A stretch of 63,480 nucleotides of DNA, filler included, from Phoronis australis (taxonomy: Eukaryota > Animalia > Phoronida): NCBI GenBank assembly GCA_002633005.1. It is 11 parts of 11 records of this genome, joined end to end, with 100 filler letters (N's around TTAATTAATTAA, not from the genome) between each part and the next. Parts side by side here need not be neighbours in the genome. Positions count along the whole stretch, not along the records: positions 1 to 24,430 come from NMRA01000793.1; positions 24,531 to 27,975 come from NMRA01003015.1; positions 28,076 to 33,752 come from NMRA01000078.1; positions 33,853 to 37,923 come from NMRA01002716.1; 7 more parts are not named here. The stretch is one strand, 5' to 3'. Below the pieces are notes generated by a model. The model made no database searches. It was not told the DNA's origin and saw only the letters and a list, made by a program, of their open reading frames with translations. This document shows positions 23,692-35,015 of this stretch, one piece after another. The translations under genes were made by a program, and so were the position numbers. Every line of letters starts with the position of its first letter. Within the stretch, counting starts at the first letter, position 1.

Positions 23692-24430
23692 AGTGTATCT
23701 TTTCACCACTGTGCACAGGATGTTTTGGTTTCGTGAAACTGTTTTCAGATGATTTGTTTCCTGATAGATTTGACGTTTTTCAATGGTTGTCAACGTGATT
23801 CAGCTTAATAAAGTGATACCTAATTATTTAGTGTCGCTTTTGATAATAGACTATGAGTTGAGAGCACCATCGTTCGCCAGTTTTTCTCGTAAGGAGACAG
23901 AACACATGTTTATTTCTCGACTAACAGTACAGGTCTTCGTTCTTAAACAACTTGAGGCTGCAGTTATGCGATCATCTGATATTTAAATTTTTTCGCCCCG
24001 TCGGTGCTCCTTAATTATGCTCTTGAATATTTGGAAATTGTCTTAACCCCTGTATACACACCACACTTTTTCGTATACGACTTTTCTTATGCTAAAAAGG
24101 TGTGTGTAAGCAGATGTTCCAACAAAAATTTTTGCTGGTGGCGTGACTCATACCCAGATGATAACAATATGGTTTCACGAAACTTATGTGCCAAGTTCAT
24201 GTGACGAAATCGAGAAGGGTTTTTAATTATCTTCAGAAAAACTCCAGAGACATGTTAAGTGCCAGAAACTTTCCAGGATGCATGGAAATTTCACTATTTG
24301 GCTACAAAACAAAAAAATATCTTACACGGGAGGGGAAACCCCCCTCCCGACCTCCCCCCGCTCGGCGCCACGCGCCTAGGATTCGACCTTGGCGAGAATC
24401 TTAAACCCCCCCTTGCTGAAAACGTAGATC

Positions 24431-24530
24431 NNNNNNNNNNNNNNNNNNNNNNNNNNNNNNNNNNNNNNNNNNNNTTAATTAATTAANNNNNNNNNNNNNN
24501 NNNNNNNNNNNNNNNNNNNNNNNNNNNNNN
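24431..24530. other. Artificial contig spacer (also at 27976, 33753, 37924, 40857, 44246, 46707, 53457, 57630, 60137)
   Basis: Ten identical 100-bp blocks of 44 N + TTAATTAATTAA (stops in all six frames) + 44 N. Confidence 0.99.
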
Positions 24531-25111
24531 ATGTTTCTTCTTCTTGATTGTTTTTGGCACACGTTTCTTCACCCTGACTGGGTCTGTTTTAGGTCGATTC
24601 AGCAGTCTCCTTTTGTTGTGCGTATGTCGTGTACTGGTGCTGCTATCGTTTGACGAGACTAAACTAACTGACGAATGTGAACGGTCTTCACTCTGGAGAG
24701 ATGACGATGATGGGGAAGGATAAATAAAGCCAGAGTCTGGGTCTTTGGTGTAGTTGGCATCATGAGATGGTATTGATGGCAGGGAGTTTACAGGATGCTC
24801 TGATGGCGGATTGTACAAAGCCATGCAACTGTCCGCACGTAGACTCAAGGGCGTGTCTTCCGTTCTGTGAGCAAACTTTGATATGTCTGTATTGGCCCTC
24901 TCCAGTTTACCCTGTGGTATGAGTTTGTTCAGGATCGCCATTTTTCGCAGCTGTTGCTTGTATTTGTTGATGTTTTTCAGGAACCGGGGACACCGGATGC
25001 ATTCCTGACGAGCGATTCGCTTGACTCGAGGCAGTTCATCTACGCACAGTTTACCAGCGTAGAGCAGACGAAAGTCTATGTTGTCAATGTTACGCAATAT
25101 ATTCACTGCAC
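24531..25111 (-). CDS. MATCAP: MATCAP/KIAA0895-family last visible exon, truncated by the spacer
   Basis: Acceptor actttcag; GAVNILRNIDNIDFRLLYAGKLCVDEL...PRFLKNINKYKQQL, then a Ser-rich and Lys/Arg-rich extension that stays open to the gap. Confidence 0.9.
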
Positions 25112-26054
25112 CTGAAAGTACAAGGTAACCTCAACATTGTCCTGAAAATGTACACAACAAATTGCTACCAGAAGTATACTCAGCTCTAAGTCAGCCACAG
25201 CCAGTTGGCAACAATCTTAAGTTGAATTTTAATTAAAATTTTCAGTGTCTTGACGTCATTTCGAAATTTTTACCACTATTCAATGTACAGGTCAGACAAC
25301 AACATATAAATTACATAAAATAAAAGACATAGCTGACACGCAATATTTTATGTAATTTGCATTATTACTGTGAGAACAATTTATTAAATGTTCATAGATG
25401 AACTGAACATTATACCTGAAGCTTGACAGATAATAATAAATTACTAATTAATGTATGGAAAATATTAGGAGGTGAAGAGCATTTTTACAAAATATCAAAA
25501 AAACATTTGCTAACATTTTCTTTAAAAAATACTTTTTAATCAGGAACAGAGTGGCGTGAATGACACAGACCCTTAAAGCCACAGACTATAAACTTGAACT
25601 TGAATACTTACCATAAGTGGTCTAAATCAAAAGCCAGTTTCTTCAACACAGCATAGATTGATTGCATTTACAAATTTTCAAATATTTAAAGCAAGACTTC
25701 TTTGATTTTGTTAAAGGGGGACATCAGCATTTTTTACCTAAAAAAGCAAACCTCCTGACACATTTCAGTGATTATGCTTGTCCCAAGGGCCTTCTAGGCA
25801 TGTATTAACAGTGAAGTCAGACAACCCATGACTTTCTTACATCCCCACTTTGCATTTTGTAGCACACACAGGTAAGGACCTGGGGAACAGTGTTTACGGT
25901 TAAGTAGGACCTTCAAAAATAGCCAAATTTGAAAATTCTAGATTTGATATCACTAAATCAAGGGAAAAAGGGGGTCCAGACACCCTTGGATCTGTCTATG
26001 ATTTGATTTAATGACAGCATACCTTGCCAGTGCCTGTAAACACCTGCAACTCAC

Positions 26055-26222
26055 CTTCAAAATAACACTGATCTCCGCCATATCCTCCAGTTCCACTTGG
26101 GTCAGCCAGACCTCGTTTAACACGTGTCACAAATCTCCACCGCAGTTCTGGGTTCATTACATATCGACCAAGATGGGTAAACAACTCTTGAAATGTCATT
26201 GTCTCTGACATGCAAGCAGTAT
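26055..26222 (-). CDS. MATCAP: MATCAP/KIAA0895-family internal exon
   Basis: Acceptor ctaatag, donor gtgagt, phase 1-1; YTACMSETMTFQELFTHLGRYVMNPELRWRFVTRVKRGLADPSGTGGYGGDQCYFE (RW..R.KRG..D.S..G...DQ.Y). Confidence 0.92.
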
Positions 26223-26770
26223 CTATTAGAAAGAATATGTATTATTACAATTTTGACATAGTTTAAACAAAAATACTTATTTGTTTTGATGCACTTTAAG
26301 TCTTGTTAGCAATTCGACATCACTTGTAAGAATGTACAGATTGAAGTGGCATTAAAGTTGTGCTTTCTGTCAAAAAACGAGTTTTGAATTAGGCCACATA
26401 CCATTATAAAATTAGTTTGAAATTGTTCTTTACTAAGTTTAGATGTGATCTCAGAGATCTAAAAATGATTAAAAGAAACTTATCTCTCATGGTTGTAATG
26501 CATTGGATTCAAAACAAATTCTCGGCGACTGACTACCGTTCCCTAGTAAAGTTGTATTTCTCTCTAGGATTGTTCGGTTTTTGACATGAAAAAAGATTTG
26601 TATGTCTGGAATTTGTTGCATTTGATTTTTGATTATTTACAAAAATCTCAATTCTCGATATAATGTACATCTATCAATACATGTCAGGATGTTGTAGTAA
26701 GTGTTTATAGTGATTTTCATGCAATAAAACTGATACATAATATTTTGTACAAAACCATTGTGAAACTTAC

Positions 26771-26939
26771 AATATGACAATGCAGCCACTTTCAAGTATT
26801 GTACATTAGCCTGCAGAACGGTGTTTATTGTAGCTAAGCCCTCTTCTGTCTGAACTAGTTCATATGATCTCAAAGAACGCAGACCAAACTTCTTCCGATC
26901 AGAGAACCACGGCTGTAGGCCATCATTCAACATACGGTA
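26771..26939 (-). CDS. MATCAP: MATCAP/KIAA0895-family tubulin metallocarboxypeptidase, internal exon
   Basis: Acceptor catgcag, donor gtaagt, phase 0-1; YRMLNDGLQPWFSDRKKFGLRSLRSYELVQTEEGLATINTVLQANVQYLKVAALSY carries the family QPW...TEEGLA...AAL.YY motifs. Confidence 0.9.
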
Positions 26940-29900
26940 CTGCATGTCAGTTAAGGGACACATCTTAATTCTAGTTTCCAGAAGTGACCATATTGCCTGA
27001 TGGATAAAACTCAAAAGCACTGCATTTTACAACTTAGAAAAGAGTTAAGATTCAAGCACAAATGGAATATGCAGGTGCATACTTAACCGCTGGTATAGCC
27101 AGAAGTATTCAGCAGGGGGGATAAATGCAAAATTGTCGGTGGGTGTATATGAAATAAGTGGATACCTGGAGACACTTTCCAATGAACAAGGGGACAAATG
27201 TAATGGGTTTTGGCCAGATGTGGACTTTTTGCAATGAACGGGGGGGGGCATGGCCCAATTGAGTCCCCCCCATTGGTCATACAGGTGTTGTTAACAAAAA
27301 GTAGTCTCCATTTTGACAGAAAGTAGTTACCCTGACCAGATAAGCTGCATGAGCACAGCATAACAATATATATTATAGCTTTCACATGGTGGGCGCAAAA
27401 TAAATCTTGCACTGAAATTTATCAGTAGTGTGTGCAGCATACAACAAATATATTCATTTAGATAGTTTGGTCTGGCCACATGATTATTAGCTTACATTAA
27501 GTCTGTTGGTAATGATCGCTCCAAAAAGTAATCAAAGATTTATACTTAAACAGTAAATCAATACACTTATAGATAGATTCTATTGATAGCGGTAATGATT
27601 ACTTCAACCATTCTATATACATTGTATAATAATAGTTTCACCAATCAAAAATTAATTCTGACATTGTGTGTTTGGAATAGGGTGTATTACAGTAAATGCG
27701 TTGAGTGCCTACATGTCCTTGTTAAAAATATTATATGTTAAAGAAAAAAAATCTTGAATAAGAGATTTGATGCATTGGACCATGACAATCTTGGAGTACA
27801 TGAGCCCTTCCCAAAGAGTCCAGGAAATCGAAGCCTTAAATAAGCCAATTTTTTTTTAACTTTCAACAAGTTTTGAAGTCTCTTCAACTACTGAAAGAGG
27901 GACAAAGATCTGAATGTGAATTTGTCAGGAGCATGTTCATACTGTTTTGAGCTACACCAGAAAATATGAAACTAANNNNNNNNNNNNNNNNNNNNNNNNN
28001 NNNNNNNNNNNNNNNNNNNTTAATTAATTAANNNNNNNNNNNNNNNNNNNNNNNNNNNNNNNNNNNNNNNNNNNNAAAATGGTGACTAAGATAAACTACA
28101 ATATCGCACCCTGTTAGGGTTCTGAAATTGGACTACTGCAGAAAAGCTAATTTAGGGACATTTTCCTAGGTAGAAATACAGTAAAACCTAGCCAAAATGA
28201 TGTAAACTGAATGCGGTTTGTTGAAAAAAATTTTAATTGCTAGGCAATCACCATGATATGTAATTGTCATGCGAGTCATACGCGACAATGGACAGAGATC
28301 TGCACTTGGAAACCGTTGTCGCTAGGAACTGAAACTAAATGAGGGCTATTCGTAATGTGACCTGAAGGGATGGTGCTTGCAACAGTAAAACATGAGTCAT
28401 CCCATGACACACTTAAAATCAATTGTCAGCATTTTATACCTCTCCTGAAGCAAATGGTAACTGTTCATAACATCTTACATCAACAATTGAAAAGCTAGCA
28501 AAAACCCTATGTAACACGTGACATCTCTGACACCACTGCCAGCAAATATCTTACGCTGCTAAACGTTGCAATAATTGAAATGTACAAAACAGTTATAATT
28601 ACAAAGAACAATAATTGCCCTTAGCAGCTACAAAACTAATAATTAAAAACATGTTTACAACGCTAAAACTAATTACAGCTGAGTGTGACATATTTGCCTA
28701 AATTATTGCCACGTGGATGGACTGAAAAACGAGACAGTGTTTCACACGAAATAATTACCATTTCCCCTTTTCAAACAATGGCCACTTTGAGATGATAATT
28801 ATGAGTTATAAAGAGTTAAAGTAATTCTTCCCTTATTTCGCACAAAAATAATTGCCAAAATTGACATTTGTCTTTCTTGCATAAAATAAATGGAAACTTG
28901 CCAAATGCTATTACATGACTTCCACACACCACACACCAAGTTAACAATACTAAAATATTATTTATCTTTCTTGCGAGATATTATGTATTTTAAAACAGAA
29001 TTTCTCATCTCCGCCATATAGCGTGCTATACAGGAGAATAACTGCCACATCGTATTGTTAAGAAACTGTATGAAATGAAAAAACTTGGCAGTAGTCTGCC
29101 AAGCTGTCGGCTAAAATGTGAAACATTAAATTGTGTAAACTGAAAAGACCTGCATGGGGGAAAAATTTTTTTGAAAGACTTCTACAACCAGTACGGGCAG
29201 CAGTGGATAGTCTGTTTTCACCACAGATAGGTGGCGCATGTGTTAAGACAAAATAACAATTGGTCATCAGACTACTAAATAGAAATGCCTATTGCAAAAT
29301 ATCCTAAAAATACAAACTATCAGGTCACAACGACTGGTAACTACAAACTCGTATTTCGTTGACAAACAAGTAAAACAAAAAATAGCATGGTAAATATTAT
29401 CATACATTTGAGACGTTATGGATTAAAATCACAACTTTAATGTTTGGCACGTTCTGGTAGCAGATCTGTTTAATTGCACTTTGATAAAACGAATAAAGGA
29501 TCTTTGACACAGAGGATGTACATATTATGCGTAAACTTAACACCTTGAACTGAAAATGTCAAAAACGGTGACGTAGATCTGCACGATAACAATGAGTTAA
29601 AAGTTGACCTAAAATCACATGACCTAAAATGGTGACACGTATCCTGCCACGTTCTCCACAGAAACAGGACACACTGCGCCTGGTGACTGGACATTTCATA
29701 AAACACATCCTCTTGTTTCACAGATGCGACTATACTTTTTGTTATGAACCCAGGACGAAGTCCATCAAAAAACAAACACCAGCATAAAAAGTCTAACATG
29801 TAACATGTTTGACACAGTAGTCAACATGACTGCAACATACAAAAGTAGCATGGTGCTCCATATTTGTATACAGATGCTGTATTATTCAAATGTACTGTGA

Positions 29901-30248
29901 AATCTCACAAATTTCGAACAATGATGGCTGCCAGTTCCAATCAATGCCGTAACTTTTCAAAACAGTACCTGACCCAGTACCTACCCACAATACAGAACTT
30001 GAAAATGGCAAATCAGTACTTTGGTGTTTATTACCATTTATGAGAAAATGTGAACATAAAATTCTTTTGTCTACCTTCCTGTGTCCTAATCTGATGAGAG
30101 TTCACAGTGCGTTCCTCTATCGAAGAGGCCAACTTAGACACACTCAACAAAGACATGCATATTATATACACATAACTTTACAAAATCGTGTTCACGTGAC
30201 TTGCAAACTCGTAACAAAATTCACCAAGACACAAATTTGTCACCATAG

Positions 30249-30322
30249 TTACAGTCTCGTATCCTCTACTTCTGGTTTCTCCTTCTCTTCGGGCGACAAC
30301 TCCTCGATAGGCACCACCCAAC
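30249..30322 (-). CDS. Podocalyxin/CD34-like membrane protein, terminal exon with PDZ ligand DTRL
   Basis: Acceptor gtttgcag, phase 1; GWVVPIEELSPEEKEKPEVEDTRL*. Followed by about 2 kb of AT-rich putative 3' UTR or flank. Confidence 0.87.
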
Positions 30323-30757
30323 CTGCAAACGTTACATCGATAAGATTAACTAACGGAATCATTTACCAAAGAAAAGCTCTAAAAAGTGCTAAGTTGATAT
30401 GACGCCCACACCACTTGACAACACCATGGATAGCAGTGTTCATGTGCGCCCACTGTGTCCATCGTAAATAAATACGATAAAAAAGTGATCATTTTTAAAC
30501 CAATTGCATGGACTAGAGTAACCAACACCAGAGAATGAGTCTTCGAAGGGCAATGTTAATCACACTAATCTAACTTCTTCTCTAACAGCACTACCATACT
30601 GTGTAAGTAAACTAATACACATTCAGTGAAATCAGGAAGAACCAGTTTATCTGCTAACAATGCCAAAAGACACTTCACATGAAAGACAAAACAAATAAGG
30701 GCGACGCCTGTCAATCAAACAACTAATTCTGGATGATTGATGACAAGTCCCACCTAC

Positions 30758-30905
30758 CATTCTCTTCATCCAGCTTTGTGATTGGCACACCATTGCCATT
30801 AGGCACCTCCTTCTCTAGCATGGGTTGTTCATCTTTCACAATTTCATCATCAGGAATAGGGTTGCCCTGACCGTTCTCACCCCTCTCAGGATCATTCACT
30901 AGCCC
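30758..30905 (-). CDS. Podocalyxin/CD34-like membrane protein, cytoplasmic exon
   Basis: Acceptor tctcatag, donor gtaggt, phase 0-1; GLVNDPERGENGQGNPIPDDEIVKDEQPMLEKEVPNGNGVPITKLDEEN. Not in the ORF track. Confidence 0.85.
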
Positions 30906-32541
30906 CTATGAGACCAGAACAAAATGAGCGGAGGCAGAGATATAAAACACCAGACAGAATCAAGGTTTGGTTTGTGACAAGAAAATTGCTATGTCGGGAG
31001 TAAGAAGTAGTTTTGATTATCCCCTAATTAAAACTATCAACCCCTTTTGGTGAACAAAGAAACCAAGTTTTGACTTACTACACCAGTCGTTACAAAAATG
31101 GTCTCAACTTGTTCATTACTCAGATGAGAATCAATTTGTGGAAATAATTATAAAAGACAGATCATTATTACTTGGGATCATGTTCAGTGCATAACTAGGA
31201 ACCCATTCCCAGTTCTTACCAAGATCAGAAATCACCGGTAATTAGAGAAAATGCTACCTTTGCAACGAGGATAAAACTTTTTAAATTATATTCTATCACA
31301 GTCTTAACACGTGAAGCATGAAAAGTCCCTACAGGGATCTCGGATTTTGAGAACTAGTTTGACGCCCGTTATTCAGTGGAGAAAACTGGTTCTCAAAATG
31401 CAAGACCCATGTTTAATAGTGACTTTCAACAGTATTCTGTTAAAATAATTGTGTATCACATAAATGCTTTGGACAAAAATTATATGAATTTGTCTACGGT
31501 GATGTGCCAGAGTATTTTTTCAAAATAGTCAGTAAGTTTCTTAGAGATCATAGAAAGTACCGCAGAGGCGAATCATTATCAAAAATCCAAATTCTACTTC
31601 ATTATTCAGTAACAGCTACAGAAACATATACCCGATATTTTCCATCACTGCATTTAGCCAGAGAATTGGAAAAAAACAAGAACTTTCAAAAAAATTTGGG
31701 AAACTGGAAATTGTTGCGTTTGGTAAAATTTTTACGTCCAAGTGAAAAACTACAATATTCTAAAATATATGGCCATGCTAATTGTCTTTAGGCTTAATTT
31801 CCAGATAACATATTGTTTCAGAGTTACCGAGGAGTTAAATAAAACAAAGTCTGTTTTTTGTTTAAAAATCAACATTTCAAGTGATCTATTAAAAAATAAG
31901 TCCTTAGCGACATGTCTGGGGTTAGTTAAATAACAGAATGTAGCAATTCATCAAGCCAGATAAATGTTACAAGCATTGTTGATCAAGAGGTACATTGAGG
32001 TCATGTAAGGTCATATTGACAAGCCTGTGCATTTGACCATATATCAACAATACTACAGAACGTAACTCAGAAAATGTACATATTTTCTAAAAGAAGAAAA
32101 TTTGTAGAATTTAGGTTTTTGACTTCATACTTATCTGCCACTAATTAGGTCGTGTGACCACGCATTATTGAAAAAAATTGTAAAAGGAAAGGTTCATTCA
32201 CAGCAAAACCAGCGCCAATAAAATGAACAAATTTCGTGCAACATAAATGTTCAAGATAAAATCTCAAAAAAGCAGTTGTACTTTTCTAAATTGTTTCGTT
32301 TTCATTTTGCACAAGACGAGTTTCTTCATAAAAATCATGCATGTTCTATTTGTTTACTCCTCGAGCAAAAGTGGATTATTTCAAAAACAGTCCCCAAAAG
32401 CATTTTGTAAAACAGTGCATAAAATACAGCACCTGAGAGTTTTATTTGAACCCAACCAGCTACGTCTGAGATACGATGTAAGACAAACTTGGGACATTTT
32501 TCTTGGGTCTTACATAACCTAAAGGACTAATTGCCAGTTAC

Positions 32542-32766
32542 CTTTCCTTTGCGGGGTGTCCAGAAACCATATCGTTGCTGACGACAGCACATGTAGATTA
32601 TGCCGAAGATAATGATGATGATACAGATGGCAGCTATAACCATCATTGCGATCCACAGACCCATGTGTGCCTCAAATACCGTCTCATCGTCATCACCAGT
32701 GGTCGCATCAGGCGTCTGTTTACCCAGTCCGGGATCAGGGCCATATGACACCAACTCATAACCTTC
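32542..32766 (-). CDS. Podocalyxin/CD34-like membrane protein, transmembrane exon
   Basis: Acceptor ttctctatag, donor gtaact, phase 0-0; EGYELVSYGPDPGLGKQTPDATTGDDDETVFEAHMGLWIAMMVIAAICIIIIIFGIIYMCCRQQRYGFWTPRKGK. Confidence 0.88.
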
Positions 32767-33439
32767 CTATAGAGAAAAGCAGGAACATGGACCCGGGCTT
32801 AAGAGTCATCTGATTTACTACACAGGACATCTGCGCAATAAGACAGTCCAGGAGGAGCACATATTATTTTCAAACTACATCAATACAAGCTGTCAGCACC
32901 TGTTTTATGGTTACAGCTACCGACTACAAATCTTGGTGACAATGAAGCCTTTCTTTTATTCTTTACTTTTGTTGAAAAACATACGAGGAAATTCTAAACT
33001 GAAGGATCATTTACACAATGACATGAAAGGAACAAAGGACCTAGCTGAGCTACAATAACTTATAATATAGTAAGTGTTGCCTGTGAGGAGATTTAACTTA
33101 AAAGAGACGGGACGTCTTAAAGTTGGTTTAATTTGAACACTTTCGAGTGCCAAACGAAAATTCAATTGCCAGCCCTTCAGCAGCGTCAGATGACATCCTA
33201 GTGGGTGTTTTATGCTAAGAAACCAATTCTGGATATTGGCAATTTCACAAAAAGATGCGCCTACCTAAATATGTATGTATCCGGAAATAACGCAAGAAAA
33301 TGTAGATACAGAACCTCTGGTACTCGTGAATTTCGCCCAACAGAGCAGACTGACTCCTGCTGAGGATTTATAATTTGTTAACTTTAAGAGTTTTATGCGT
33401 ATGAAAGATTACCATCACCATGTAACGTAAATAACTCAC

Positions 33440-33507
33440 TTTTTCAAACACCTTCTTAAATTCAGGATCTTTTATTATCTTCATCAGTTCCTCTTTCGGG
33501 ATAATTT
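33440..33507 (-). CDS. Podocalyxin/CD34-like membrane protein, extracellular stalk exon
   Basis: Acceptor tttatccag, donor gtgagt, phase 1-0; xIIPKEELMKIIKDPEFKKVFEK, phase-compatible with the next exon. Confidence 0.72.
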
Positions 33508-33988
33508 CTGGATAAATAAATCTTTTATTACAACTCAACAGAACACTATCCTGCCTTTTCACACCACCAGGGCTGTGATGGTGGATATAGATATTAGAAC
33601 TACCAAGCTCACTGATCATAAATAGTGTCAAACACTGTGGCCTAACTGATCAAGGTTTTCAGCTGGAGGAATGAATACAGTGCAGGACTTAATTTCATTC
33701 CAATTTTTTTCAACGTGATAAACAGTCACCAGTAACTTAAGCAAGACTATTTNNNNNNNNNNNNNNNNNNNNNNNNNNNNNNNNNNNNNNNNNNNNTTAA
33801 TTAATTAANNNNNNNNNNNNNNNNNNNNNNNNNNNNNNNNNNNNNNNNNNNNACTCATTCTTTCGTCTCCCAAAATATCTTTGTAGCATCCTTCGTCTGA
33901 AGTAACAAGAATACAAAACATTACATGTTCGTATATTCTATGACAAGGCTGCAGCATCTGCTCTTATTAAAACAATAGCAGCATGAGC

Positions 33989-34077
33989 AAGAGAGAGAGA
34001 GAGAGACAGGGAGAGAGAAAGGGCGAGAGAGAGAAAGAGATGGGGACAGAGAGAGGGGGAGGGAGCGAGGGAGAGGG
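33989..34077. repeat. (GA)n / purine-rich microsatellite
   Basis: Directly visible. Confidence 0.9.
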
Positions 34078-35015
34078 TGTCCATCCTAGTCAATTACTCC
34101 AATTGCGGGTAAAAAGTATTGAAGCTTATGATTTCATGTCATAGTCAAATTTGAAAGCATTCAAGTTTTATATTAAAAGTAGATTTTTTACCGCCACTAA
34201 GGCACTGGGAAATTATTTAATGAGATTTTCGTACTTGTATTCATATTTTGGTTCCATAGTATTCGTTCCATAAGTAATTTTAAGCATTCTTGTATCGATA
34301 CTCACCAAGTTTGTTTCTTAAAAAAAACTTGTAAAACGTGGAAATGAACACCATAAAGAATTTAGATCAAAGGAACCCTAATACCTTCTTAAAGATAGTA
34401 AAATTCCTAAAAATTGTGCAAGTGGTGGGAAAAAAAGTTTCACACAAAAGTTTTGATAAAACAAAACTTCTCCACTATCCAACGGTTTTATGACCTGTTG
34501 ACAATTTTCTAATACTGTACAGTCGTTACAACATGTAGCATTTCGATAATAGGTGAATAATTATGATATAACGGGCCAAACACGAAACCATATTTATCTA
34601 ACTTAATTTTTGAGATAACCCGACACGCGTGTAAAACACTTCTTTCTAGAAAGGGTTGGCTATTTTTTCATGGAAAGTTTGAAAAGGTTCACCTAATTGC
34701 AGCAACTCGATAATGAAAAAACAAGGCGTTGGATGATACGTCTTAGTATGTTAATTCTTATGTCCCAATTTTTTTATTTTTCGGCCATAGGAATTTTAAA
34801 ATGTTAGTGAAGAATTCAACATGCGATATTTTACAACCTTCTTTAGAGAAACCGTGTCCCATGTTGTACTACCGATTCTATCAATCTTTCCCTGCCAAAA
34901 ATTGGAAAATACGTTTTCTACTTTCGGTGATGGTGACGAAAAAAAAAAAATTACCACCTTAGAAACGAGTAATTATTTCAGCAGTTTTTCTACCATACGT
35001 TGTTAAATGTGTGTA

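Noticed and set aside
24475-24486. TTAATTAATTAA repeated ten times between N-runs, superficially like a regularly spaced array
   Set aside because: Identical 44N-12-44N geometry with six-frame stops marks an artificial contig linker.
27000-30248. Upstream MATCAP exon with the HExxxH zinc motif
   Set aside because: Not found by eye. The sequence past the spacer is the 3' region of another gene, so its absence reflects fragmentation rather than gene loss.
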